This document shows positions 7,893 to 15,934 of a DNA stretch of 46,371 nucleotides, piece by piece (positions within the stretch are counted from its first letter, which is position 1; every line of letters begins with the position of its first letter). Below the pieces are notes generated by a model that made no database searches, had not been told where the DNA came from, and saw only the letters and a list, made by a program, of their open reading frames with translations. This DNA comes from an uncultured bacterium (lineage in GTDB: Bacteria; Cyanobacteriota; Vampirovibrionia; Gastranaerophilales; Gastranaerophilaceae). The DNA lies in assembly GCA_902796825.1 (NCBI GenBank), contig CADBQQ010000053.1, positions 1 to 46,371 on the forward strand, read 5' to 3'. Both the position numbers and the translations under genes were made by a program.

Positions 7893-8838
7893 CCTCAAAC
7901 AGCATACTTGCGCCTATTACACCTGCGCTGTTGCCAAGTTCAGCAGGAACGATTTGGACACTTTCTCGCGCAACTTTCATTGCGCGTGCTTTAATTGTTC
8001 TGCGAATAGGTTCCAATATAAGTTCGCCTGAGTCTGCAACTCCGCCGCCAATGATTACTTTTTCAGGATTAAGAAGATTGATTACACTTGTTAATCCCAG
8101 TCCGATGTATTCTCCTATAGTTTCAAATATACGTTTTGCAACCACATCACCTGCTTCAGCTGCTTTTGCAACAATGTAAGGAGTAATTTCTCCATCACCT
8201 GCCATCTCGCTAAATTTTGCGGCTTTACCGCCTTTAATGTAGTCCTGAGCCATTGCAACAATTGCAGGACCGGAAGCGAAAGCTTCAAAACATCCTGTAT
8301 CTCCGCAGCCGCATAAAGGACCATCTTTCATTTGGAGTTTGATATGTCCGATTTCGCCTGCTGCGTTTGCGCAACCACGAACAAGCTGTCCGTTAATTAC
8401 AATACCCGAACCTATTCCGGTTCCGACTGTGATACAGATAAAATTCCGGCATCCTCTGCCTGCGCCGAATTTCATTTCGCCTAAAGCTGCACATCTTACA
8501 TCATTATCAACTTTTGTTGGTATGTGAAATTCATCTTCTATCATTTTTGCAATAGGTACATTTACCCAGCCCGGAATGTTTGGGGCAAGTTTTACTATCC
8601 CGTTTTGATAATCAATTTGCCCGGGAAAATCAAATCCAATCGCTTCAATATTTGTTTCATTGGTATTTGTCTCTTTCATAAGATCGCGTATTGCTTGTTT
8701 TATGTTATTGACGGTATATTCATAACCCATTTTTGCGTAAGTCGGAACGCTGTTTGAGTAAATTATTTTTCCTTGTTCATCTACGAGTGCTATTTTAACA
8801 TTTGTTCCGCCGACGTCTATGCCTATTCTTTTTCCCAT
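7870..8838 (-). CDS. ROK-family sugar kinase (glucokinase-like)
   Basis: IGIDVGGTN ATP-binding start and ROK zinc motif GPLCGCGDTGCFE. I moved the start to ATG 8838 (MGKRIG), which has AAGGAG 7 nt upstream. Confidence 0.88.
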   Translation of the reverse strand: MGKRIGIDVGGTNVKIALVDEQGKIIYSNSVPTYAKMGYEYTVNNIKQAIRDLMKETNTNETNIEAIGFDFPGQIDYQNGIVKLAPNIPGWVNVPIAKMIEDEFHIPTKVDNDVRCAALGEMKFGAGRGCRNFICITVGTGIGSGIVINGQLVRGCANAAGEIGHIKLQMKDGPLCGCGDTGCFEAFASGPAIVAMAQDYIKGGKAAKFSEMAGDGEITPYIVAKAAEAGDVVAKRIFETIGEYIGLGLTSVINLLNPEKVIIGGGVADSGELILEPIRRTIKARAMKVARESVQIVPAELGNSAGVIGASMLFEDDKTMGR

Positions 8839-8894
8839 TTTTGTTCTCCTTCTTATAGTGTGAGTATAGCATGAAAGCGAAAGAATAGATGACA

Positions 8895-9020
8895 AAGTGA
8901 ATAAGTGATTAGGTGAATAGGTGATTAAGTTCGTTACAAACTATTTATTAATGTTATTTAAGCACTCTGTTGACCTAAAGCTAAAAACCGAAATGAACTT
9001 AATCACTTAATCACTTAACT
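8895..9020. repeat. TAAGT-core octamer inverted-repeat element, GA variant
   Basis: Left arm AAGTGAAT AAGTGATT AGGTGAAT AGGTGATT AAGT at 8895-8934. Right arm GAACTT AATCACTT AATCACTT AACT at 8995-9020, which is the reverse complement. A ~60-bp AT-rich centre separates them. Confidence 0.85.
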
Positions 9021-9064
9021 CTCTCTACATGTAAACTTTTGTAAACATCCCTTTGTCCAATTCT

Positions 9065-9092
9065 TAAAGTTTTCATAGTGAAATGCCGAAGT
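9065..9092 (+). promoter_or_regulatory. Sigma-28 (FliA)-type promoter, TAAAGTTT-N12-GCCGAAGT
   Basis: Close to the established consensus TAAA-N15-GCCGATAA (E. coli TAAAGTTT-N11-GCCGATAA). It lies ~45 nt upstream of ATG 9140. The same -10 octamer and spacing recur at 13824-13851. Confidence 0.6.
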
Positions 9093-9139
9093 AGTACATG
9101 AAAGGACAGAGTTCGAAGTAATTTATAGAAAGGAAAGCA

Positions 9140-11065
9140 ATGGGATTATCATCAGCACAAGCTAGATTATTAACCATAACAGCCAGAAAATCTGACTGCG
9201 AATTCCAATCTATGAGTTTGTCGCATCAGAAATTGGCACTTTCAAGAGATATGGAAAGTATTACTGATGAATATCAGAATGCTTTGAATGCAACTAAGTT
9301 AGTTTATGATTTTTATGGTACAGGCGGAAGCCAGATGGCATTGAATTATTCATTATTGATGACACCGTCTGTTTATAATGATTTTTCTCCGAGATTTGTG
9401 ACAGATGCAACTAACAGGGTTATATTGAACCCTGAGTTGGCAAATGTTGCAAGGGCTTGCGGTATACCTATGGAGGGGTATGGCGGAACTAATTCTGACG
9501 ATATGAGGGCTGCTTTTATTCAAGCATTGGCGAATGAAGGAATTTTGAGTGCTTCTGAAGTTGCTTCTATTGAAAACGTTGCTTATGACAACGCTGCAGG
9601 CTTGGGATACGGTGTTGTGACGGATGAAGCTATAGAATACTTGACTTATGAGGACTTAATAAGCCAGTTGAAATCAACAGGTATCAATGATATGAATGAT
9701 TATGGCTTGTATCTGGGCGATTTCTACACTTTATATTCTAATGGTGAAGAAAATTGGAGATTGTTGTCCTCACGTGATAATACCAAATTTGGCGATGCCG
9801 GTTGGAATCTTGAAGAATATAAGACAGGAAATAATAAAACAACAACATCTGTTTATTCTACTGATGGTGGCAATGCTGCTACAGGTATATATGTAAAAAG
9901 ATCAGGGGATACTAATGGTTATAAATATGAAACTACTACAACGCCATGTTATGTGAGTGATCTTGGAAAATACTATTTAAATGGTAACACCTATGCAAAG
10001 TATAATGGGCGTGATAATAATTATGATTATTTTAACAATCCTATAACAACACCAATAAAATTTACAGATTTATTAACCGGTGAGGATCAATATACATTTG
10101 CAATTGATTCCAAGAACGGTGTTGTTACAGATGCTGCGTATATGCAAAGATTGATGTGCGGAGACGACAACGGGGACACCAAATCTGTATTAGGATGGAT
10201 GACAGATCAATTGTTGTCGGTTCTTGGTGAAACCGATTTGAATATTCAAGCACTGGATTATGCAAGAGGTTGCATATTAGATTTAATTTGGCCGGATAAT
10301 AGTATTCAAAATGCAGCTACAAGTTATCCTACAAGTTCAGAAGTAAAACATGACGGTGATAAATATGTCAAGAATGCTTCCGGTAAAGATTGTTATAACG
10401 AAACATCAGGTAATAAATGGAACGATACCGTATCACAAGCTGAAAATGTACTTGGTTTTTATACAAATACCAGTTCAGGTATATCAATCAACTTAAACAA
10501 CATTGCTAAGGTATTTATGACGTCATTTGTTGACTATATTCAAGGTATGGAAAATACTAACTATGCTTATGGTCCTATGAAAAAAAGTAATGCAACGTTG
10601 TTCAATTCAAAAACAGATACAAATGTGGTATTTGAACAGCTTGTAGGTTATACTACAGATACCGGCGCGGATACTACTCTTGCAAACTTCTACGATACAA
10701 TGTTCAACATAATCTGTACTCAAGGTTGGACAGAAAACGGAAGAATAGATGATGCCGATTATATGCAAGAAATGATGAAAAACGGCATGGTATATATGTC
10801 TACAATCGGCCACGACGGAACTTACGGTCAAAGCAACTATACAACAGACAAATATGTTTTAGAAGTTGCAGACGAAGAAGCAATCACCCGCGCAGAAGCT
10901 AAATATAAAGCAGCAAAAGCAAGAATTGAAAATAAAGAAAACACTCTTGACTTGAAAATGAAAAGTCTTGATACAGAAATTTCTTCACTAAATCAAGAAT
11001 ATGAAACAGCAAAAACATTGATTAAAAACGCTGTAGATAAATCGTTTACAAGGTATCAAGCTTAA
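9140..11065 (+). CDS. Uncharacterised 641-aa protein with helical N- and C-termini and an N/T/Y/G/D-rich core; candidate flagellum-coexpressed or exported protein
   Basis: Long ORF with an AAAGGAAAG SD-like element. The N-terminal helix is LSSAQARLLTITARKSDCEFQ... and the C-terminal coiled-coil-like segment is NTLDLKMKSLDTEISSLNQEYETAKTLIKNAVDKSF. I recognise no family motif. Confidence 0.8.
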   Translation: MGLSSAQARLLTITARKSDCEFQSMSLSHQKLALSRDMESITDEYQNALNATKLVYDFYGTGGSQMALNYSLLMTPSVYNDFSPRFVTDATNRVILNPELANVARACGIPMEGYGGTNSDDMRAAFIQALANEGILSASEVASIENVAYDNAAGLGYGVVTDEAIEYLTYEDLISQLKSTGINDMNDYGLYLGDFYTLYSNGEENWRLLSSRDNTKFGDAGWNLEEYKTGNNKTTTSVYSTDGGNAATGIYVKRSGDTNGYKYETTTTPCYVSDLGKYYLNGNTYAKYNGRDNNYDYFNNPITTPIKFTDLLTGEDQYTFAIDSKNGVVTDAAYMQRLMCGDDNGDTKSVLGWMTDQLLSVLGETDLNIQALDYARGCILDLIWPDNSIQNAATSYPTSSEVKHDGDKYVKNASGKDCYNETSGNKWNDTVSQAENVLGFYTNTSSGISINLNNIAKVFMTSFVDYIQGMENTNYAYGPMKKSNATLFNSKTDTNVVFEQLVGYTTDTGADTTLANFYDTMFNIICTQGWTENGRIDDADYMQEMMKNGMVYMSTIGHDGTYGQSNYTTDKYVLEVADEEAITRAEAKYKAAKARIENKENTLDLKMKSLDTEISSLNQEYETAKTLIKNAVDKSFTRYQA

Positions 11066-11089
11066 TATTGATGATTTTAGAGGTTAGAT

Positions 11090-11467
11090 ATGGCTGACGA
11101 AATTAAATCTATTGATGAATTAAGAAAGGCTCAAGCAGCAGCTCAGGCACAAGGAACATCTATCACAAACTATGACCGTTGGGAAGAAATTCTTGAAGAT
11201 TTTGAAACAGCAGGAATTCAATCGACAGGAAGTTTTGAGGGAGATGTTAGGCTTCATGGCCAAGTTATGGAAGAAATACAGGCTTTTCTTGAGGAAGCAC
11301 AAAGAGTCCAAAACCAACAACAAAACGCTCCAAATCAAGATGACAACATTAAAGTAGATAACAAAACAAGTTATGATAAAGAACAAAATATAAAAGCCAA
11401 TGCCGCAAACGCAACCAGTTCAACTATTATGGCAGACTATATGAAATATTACCATTTGCTCGGTTAG
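11090..11467 (+). CDS. Small acidic, Q-rich 125-aa protein co-transcribed with the 641-aa gene
   Basis: 24-nt gap after the upstream stop and a GAGG SD. Unknown family. Confidence 0.65.
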   Translation: MADEIKSIDELRKAQAAAQAQGTSITNYDRWEEILEDFETAGIQSTGSFEGDVRLHGQVMEEIQAFLEEAQRVQNQQQNAPNQDDNIKVDNKTSYDKEQNIKANAANATSSTIMADYMKYYHLLG

Positions 11468-11469
11468 TT

Positions 11470-13272
11470 TTATTCTTCGTCAAGACTCAAAATCGCCATG
11501 AATGCTTCCTGTGGAACATCTACGCTTCCGACAGATTTCATACGTTTTTTACCGCGTTTTTGTTTCTCTAAAAGTTTACGTTTACGGCTAATATCACCAC
11601 CGTAGCATTTTGCAAGTACGTTTTTGCGCATAGCTTTAATGTTTGTTCTTGCAATAATTCGACCGCCGACAGCGGCTTGAACAGGAACTTCAAACAACTG
11701 GCGGGGAATTATTTCTTTTAATTTTGCGGTTAATTTTTGACCGATGTAAAAAGCATTATCTGAGTGGCAAATAACGGATAATGCATCGACGATTTCTCCT
11801 GACAGCATTATATCAAGCTTCACAAGGTTTGAACGCTTATAATCGCAAAACTCGTAATCCATGCTCGCATAACCTTTTGTGCGAGATTTTAACTGATCGT
11901 AAAAATCTGTAATAACTTCGCTAAGAGGAATTTCGTAGGTTAAATTGACGCGAATTTTGTCTAAATAAGTCATGTTGATAAAAATCCCGCGTTTTGACTG
12001 TGCCAAATCCATCAATGTTCCGACATAATCATTTGGTGTAAAGATTTGAACTTTTACATAAGGCTCCTCAATGTAATCTCTATACTGGGCATCCGGAAGA
12101 TTTGACGGGTTGTCGATTTCAACAACTTCTCCGTTTGTTTTATGCACTCTGTAAACAACAGACGGAGCCGTTGTTACGAGCGACAAATCATATTCGCGCT
12201 CTAACCTTTCTTGTGCGATTTCCATGTGAAGCATGCCTAAAAAACCGCAGCGGAAACCAAAACCCAGTGCGTTTGAAGTTTCAGGTTCAAAAGTAATACT
12301 GCTGTCATTGAGTTTTAATTTTTCCAATGCTTCTTTCAAATCAGCATAATCTTCGTTATCTACAGGATATAACCCTGAAAATACCATTGGTAAAGCTTCT
12401 TTATAGCCCGGTAAAGGCTCAGAGGCAGGATTTTCAGAGTTTGTCAAAGTGTCGCCGACAAACCTTGTTAATTCTTTTATAGATCCGGCAAAATAACCTA
12501 CATCACCGCAAGTTAGCTTTTGAACAGGTTTTCTTTCAGGAGTCTGATAGCCAAGTTCAACAACTTCGCATTCTTTGCCTGTTGCCATAAACCTGACTTT
12601 ATCTCCGACAGCAATCTCTCCATCCATAATCTTGAAATAGCAAACTGTTCCCAAATATTGATCATAAACACTGTCAAACACTAATGCTCTTAAAGGTTTT
12701 TCGCGATTATCGACAGGCGCAGGAACGAAATTTACTATTGCTTCAAGTACATCTTCTATGCCTTCTCCTGTTTTTGCACTGACAGCAATAGCCACAGAAG
12801 TGTCCAAGCCTAAAATTTCTTCGATTTCTTTTTTTACTCCCTCAACATCCGCTGATGGCAAGTCAATCTTGTTGATTACAGGTATAATTTCAAGATTTTG
12901 CTCTATTGCAAGATAAACATTAGCCAGTGTTTGCGCTTCAACACCTTGCGTAGCATCCACAATTAGCAAAGCACCTTCGCATGCGGCAAGAGAACGTGAA
13001 ACTTCGTAAGAAAAATCAACGTGGCCAGGAGTATCAATCAGGTTTAATTCATAATTTTGGCCGTCATGTGCTTTATAATTCATTCGGGCAGCATTCAATT
13101 TTATGGTAATTCCGCGTTCGCGCTCAATTTCCATAGAATCAAGTAATTGATTTTGCATATCACGCTGCGCAACAGTACCTGTTTTTTCAAGTAAACGGTC
13201 AGCCAGTGTGGATTTTCCGTGATCAATATGTGCTATTATACAAAAATTTCTAACGTTTTCTCTTGTCTTCAT
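11470..13272 (-). CDS. lepA: Elongation factor 4 (LepA)
   Basis: [34 protein letters not shown] and the LepA C-terminal domain; 600 aa. Confidence 0.96.
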   Translation of the reverse strand: MKTRENVRNFCIIAHIDHGKSTLADRLLEKTGTVAQRDMQNQLLDSMEIERERGITIKLNAARMNYKAHDGQNYELNLIDTPGHVDFSYEVSRSLAACEGALLIVDATQGVEAQTLANVYLAIEQNLEIIPVINKIDLPSADVEGVKKEIEEILGLDTSVAIAVSAKTGEGIEDVLEAIVNFVPAPVDNREKPLRALVFDSVYDQYLGTVCYFKIMDGEIAVGDKVRFMATGKECEVVELGYQTPERKPVQKLTCGDVGYFAGSIKELTRFVGDTLTNSENPASEPLPGYKEALPMVFSGLYPVDNEDYADLKEALEKLKLNDSSITFEPETSNALGFGFRCGFLGMLHMEIAQERLEREYDLSLVTTAPSVVYRVHKTNGEVVEIDNPSNLPDAQYRDYIEEPYVKVQIFTPNDYVGTLMDLAQSKRGIFINMTYLDKIRVNLTYEIPLSEVITDFYDQLKSRTKGYASMDYEFCDYKRSNLVKLDIMLSGEIVDALSVICHSDNAFYIGQKLTAKLKEIIPRQLFEVPVQAAVGGRIIARTNIKAMRKNVLAKCYGGDISRKRKLLEKQKRGKKRMKSVGSVDVPQEAFMAILSLDEE

Positions 13273-13278
13273 AAGTTA

Positions 13279-13284
13279 ATTATA
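13279..13284 (-). promoter_or_regulatory. TATAAT placed 6 nt upstream of the lepA ATG; candidate leaderless promoter
   Basis: Minus-sense read is tataTATAATtaacttATG, with no SD. Confidence 0.4.
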
Positions 13285-13322
13285 TATAAAAGACGTTAAA
13301 TGTGAAATGTTTTGAAATCAAA

Positions 13323-13346
13323 AGACCGGCTGTTAACAGCCGGTCT
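13323..13346 (-). terminator. Intrinsic terminator of the 137-aa gene
   Basis: AGACCGGCTG-ttaa-CAGCCGGTCT, a perfect 10-bp stem, followed by TTTTGATTT in minus sense. Confidence 0.8.
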
Positions 13347-13375
13347 GTAATGTGTGAGTAAATATAATAGTCGTT

Positions 13376-13789
13376 TTATTTTGTAAATAATTCTGCAAAT
13401 GGTCCTTCAGGATCTTGAATATGTGCTTCTACAGCTGCGTTTTCCGCAAGTTTCATTGCCGGTGTAACAACAACATTAATCCCATTTGTTACACTCGCTA
13501 CTTGTGCTGCGGTTACTTTGTAATTGTAACCTAAGCTTGCCAAAATCTCGTTTGTAGTATCTGCAATTTCTTTATCTTCTTTGCTGAATTTTGCAAATTG
13601 TACTCCGTAAATATTTTGCGGATTTTGGGTTAATAAATCTGTCTCGTTTTCCAAACCCTTGAATGCTGCTTCTGTTTTTACAACTTCTTTTGCTTCATCG
13701 CTTTCTTGAGCTTTTTTTGAAGCTTCTTGTCCTACAAGTAAGTTGTAATTCGCGTAATTTTTTCCTAAATCATTAAACTTGATTGTCAT
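13376..13789 (-). CDS. Uncharacterised 137-aa protein under a sigma-28-type promoter
   Basis: I moved the start to ATG 13789 (MTIKFNDLGK), which has AAAGGAG 8 nt upstream. The track's longer ORF would swallow its own promoter. Confidence 0.7.
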   Translation of the reverse strand: MTIKFNDLGKNYANYNLLVGQEASKKAQESDEAKEVVKTEAAFKGLENETDLLTQNPQNIYGVQFAKFSKEDKEIADTTNEILASLGYNYKVTAAQVASVTNGINVVVTPAMKLAENAAVEAHIQDPEGPFAELFTK

Positions 13790-13823
13790 TTTACTGACTC
13801 CTTTTATTTTACTCACATTTTTT

Positions 13824-13851
13824 ACTTCGGCATATAGTTTAATAATCTTTA
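13824..13851 (-). promoter_or_regulatory. Sigma-28 (FliA)-type promoter, TAAAGATT-N12-GCCGAAGT
   Basis: Minus-sense read is cTAAAGATTattaaactatatGCCGAAGTaaaaaatg, ~35 nt upstream of ATG 13789. The -10 octamer and spacing are identical to 9065-9092. Confidence 0.6.
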
Positions 13852-14008
13852 GTAATTTCTCAAATTTTAAAACTTTTTTGTAACATTTGTTAACAATTCG
13901 GGTGTTTCCATGCAATTATTTAAAAGATGAATACTTTATATATATACCGAAGGAAAATAAATAGGAAAAATTCATTAAGAGAAATTGAGTACAAAAGGAG
14001 ATTGAATT

Positions 14009-14233
14009 ATGACAAGTGTAAACGGAATATTTGGGAATAAAGGAATAAATTATACAACAAGTGTTCATGCACAGAATATAACTAAAACGAATAATTTGTT
14101 ATTCGGCGGCAAAGTTGAACCTGCAGGTGATGCAGTACAGTTCTCAAAAACTCCGGGTAATACAGGAGTGGCTGAAGCAACAGCAAGAGGTACATTAGCA
14201 CAATTAGACTTGATTGAACAAATCGGGCTATAA
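14009..14233 (+). CDS. Uncharacterised 74-aa N/T/G-rich protein
   Basis: AAAAGGAG SD sits 7 nt upstream, and the terminator at 14263-14290 follows. Confidence 0.6.
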   Translation: MTSVNGIFGNKGINYTTSVHAQNITKTNNLLFGGKVEPAGDAVQFSKTPGNTGVAEATARGTLAQLDLIEQIGL

Positions 14234-14262
14234 CAAGGTTTAATGTATAGATAAATTTATAA

Positions 14263-14290
14263 AGACCGGTCTTTACAACCGGTCTTTTTG
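14263..14290. terminator. Bidirectional intrinsic terminator between the 74-aa gene and lepB
   Basis: AGACCGGT-ctttaca-ACCGGTCT followed by TTTTG, with an A-run upstream. Confidence 0.75.
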
Positions 14291-14293
14291 TAT

Positions 14294-15058
14294 TTAATGT
14301 AAAATTTTTATTCTGTTTAGCGGCCAGAAAACGACAACTGCACGTCCGACGAAGCGATTACGTTTTAGTACTCCCCAGTATCTGCTGTCTTGAGAATTTC
14401 CTCGATTGTCGCCCATCATAAAATATTCGTCGTCTCTTAGTTGGAAAGGCCCGCACTGCATTACGTGTATGCCGTAGTTTATTAATTCCGAATTATTTTG
14501 AGGAATTTTCGGGCAGCGAGGGTATTCGTAGATACTTTTAATGTAATCTTCTTTAAATTTTTTGTCATTTATGTAAACATAAGCAGCGCCGCTCGGTTCT
14601 TCTTTTATTTCTATTTTATCTCCCGGAACACCGATTACTCTTTTGATATAGGCTATATCTTTACAGAAAATTCCTGTTAGCCGTTCAAAGACTTCAAGCG
14701 GTTTTTTGCCGAGTTCTGTTGATGGCGGATAGAAAACCATTATATCTCCGCGTTTCGGTGAGGTGAAAAATCTTGAAAATCGTTCTACAACAATTCTATC
14801 GCCCTCTATTAAAGTCGGGCGCATTGAGCCTGACGGTATCCAGCGAATTTCTCCTATAAAAAATCTTATTATAATAACCATTACGATTACGAAAATAATT
14901 GTACTAACAATTTCTTCAAGACCGGATTTTACATAAAAATTTTCAAAATTGTCTATCGATTTATGAATATTTTCGGGCAATTTTGATTTAATTTTTTCCC
15001 ATTGCGCTCTGCATTTTTCTTTTGATTTAGTTTTAAAATCCTGCCAAAATTTAATCAT
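14294..15058 (-). CDS. lepB: Signal peptidase I
   Basis: SGSMRPTL catalytic Ser box, KRVIGVPGD Lys box and GDNRGNSQDSRYWG. Confidence 0.93.
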   Translation of the reverse strand: MIKFWQDFKTKSKEKCRAQWEKIKSKLPENIHKSIDNFENFYVKSGLEEIVSTIIFVIVMVIIIRFFIGEIRWIPSGSMRPTLIEGDRIVVERFSRFFTSPKRGDIMVFYPPSTELGKKPLEVFERLTGIFCKDIAYIKRVIGVPGDKIEIKEEPSGAAYVYINDKKFKEDYIKSIYEYPRCPKIPQNNSELINYGIHVMQCGPFQLRDDEYFMMGDNRGNSQDSRYWGVLKRNRFVGRAVVVFWPLNRIKILH

Positions 15059-15932
15059 TTATTAAAAGCTCCAAAAAATCGTAAATCTTCTTTTTAAACT
15101 CGTTTTCAGGTAATTTTGAAATCTGAATTTTCGCTTTTTCTATATAATTATTCAACAAATCTCTTGTTTTTTCAATACCTTGAGTATAATTTTCAATACT
15201 TCCTGAATATATAATCGGAGCATTGTAAATACCGTCTTTGAGGTCATTGTTTACGGGTTTTGATTTATCGGTGTTTACAAGGTTTAAAATGTCATCTCTA
15301 ATTTGAAAAGCAATTCCGATATTTAATCCTATTTTGCCTGAAATATCCATATTTTGTGAATGTGTTCCGAGTATTGTACAGCACTTAAAAGCTGTTTCAA
15401 AAAGATAGGCTGTTTTATTTTTAGATTTTTCTATATATTCATCTATTGTGCCTATTTTAAATCTGTTAAAATTTTGGTTGATTTCTCCAATACACATTTG
15501 CCTGATTGTAGAAATAAATTTTTCCAAAATATCTTTAGAATTTAGATTAGTAATTATATCCATTGCGATGCTTAACAGGTAATCTCCTGAGATTACGGCA
15601 AGTTTGTTTCCAAATTCTGCATTAATCGTTTTTTTATTCCTGCGCAAATCACTTTCATCAATTATATCATCATGAATGAGCGAAGCGTTATGTACAAGTT
15701 CTATAGCGCAAAGTAAGTCAAGTTGTTGATTTGATAGTTCTTCACCAAGCGCTTTCGTGTATAAAATAGGCAGGACTGAACGAATTCTTTTTGATGGGCT
15801 TATTAAAAATTTTTTCAGATGGCTGTTAAGCGGTTCAATAATATTTACACTTGAAACCAGTTTATCCTCTATAATTGACAATTCTTTTGAGGCATATTGT
15901 TTAATTGTAGAATATTTTTCATCAAAATTCAT
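15051..15932 (-). CDS. Polyprenyl diphosphate synthase (long-chain, IspB/solanesyl type)
   Basis: Two DDxxD motifs, LIHDDIIDESDLRRN and FQIRDDILN. Confidence 0.9.
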   Translation of the reverse strand: MNFDEKYSTIKQYASKELSIIEDKLVSSVNIIEPLNSHLKKFLISPSKRIRSVLPILYTKALGEELSNQQLDLLCAIELVHNASLIHDDIIDESDLRRNKKTINAEFGNKLAVISGDYLLSIAMDIITNLNSKDILEKFISTIRQMCIGEINQNFNRFKIGTIDEYIEKSKNKTAYLFETAFKCCTILGTHSQNMDISGKIGLNIGIAFQIRDDILNLVNTDKSKPVNNDLKDGIYNAPIIYSGSIENYTQGIEKTRDLLNNYIEKAKIQISKLPENEFKKKIYDFLELLIND

Positions 15933-15934
15933 AT

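Noticed and set aside
8839-8895. N-terminal extension of the ROK kinase ORF (MSSILSLSCYTHTIRRRTK)
   Set aside because: AAGGAG lies 7 nt upstream of the internal ATG 8838, which begins the canonical MGKRIGIDVGGTN. The extension runs into the repeat element.
7740-9020. Whether the octamer repeat arrays are CRISPR arrays
   Set aside because: The units are 8 bp and contiguous with no spacers. The arrays come as inverted pairs, and there are no cas genes in the window.
13790-13915. Long form of ORF 13376..13915
   Set aside because: The extra 42 codons would contain the gene's own sigma-28-type promoter and the AAAGGAG SD. The N-terminus MTIKFND is preceded by a proper RBS.
13921-13953. Sigma-28-like box ACCGAAGG upstream of the 74-aa gene
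   Set aside because: The nearest TAAA is ~21 nt upstream rather than 15-16, and the first base differs. I do not call it a FliA promoter.
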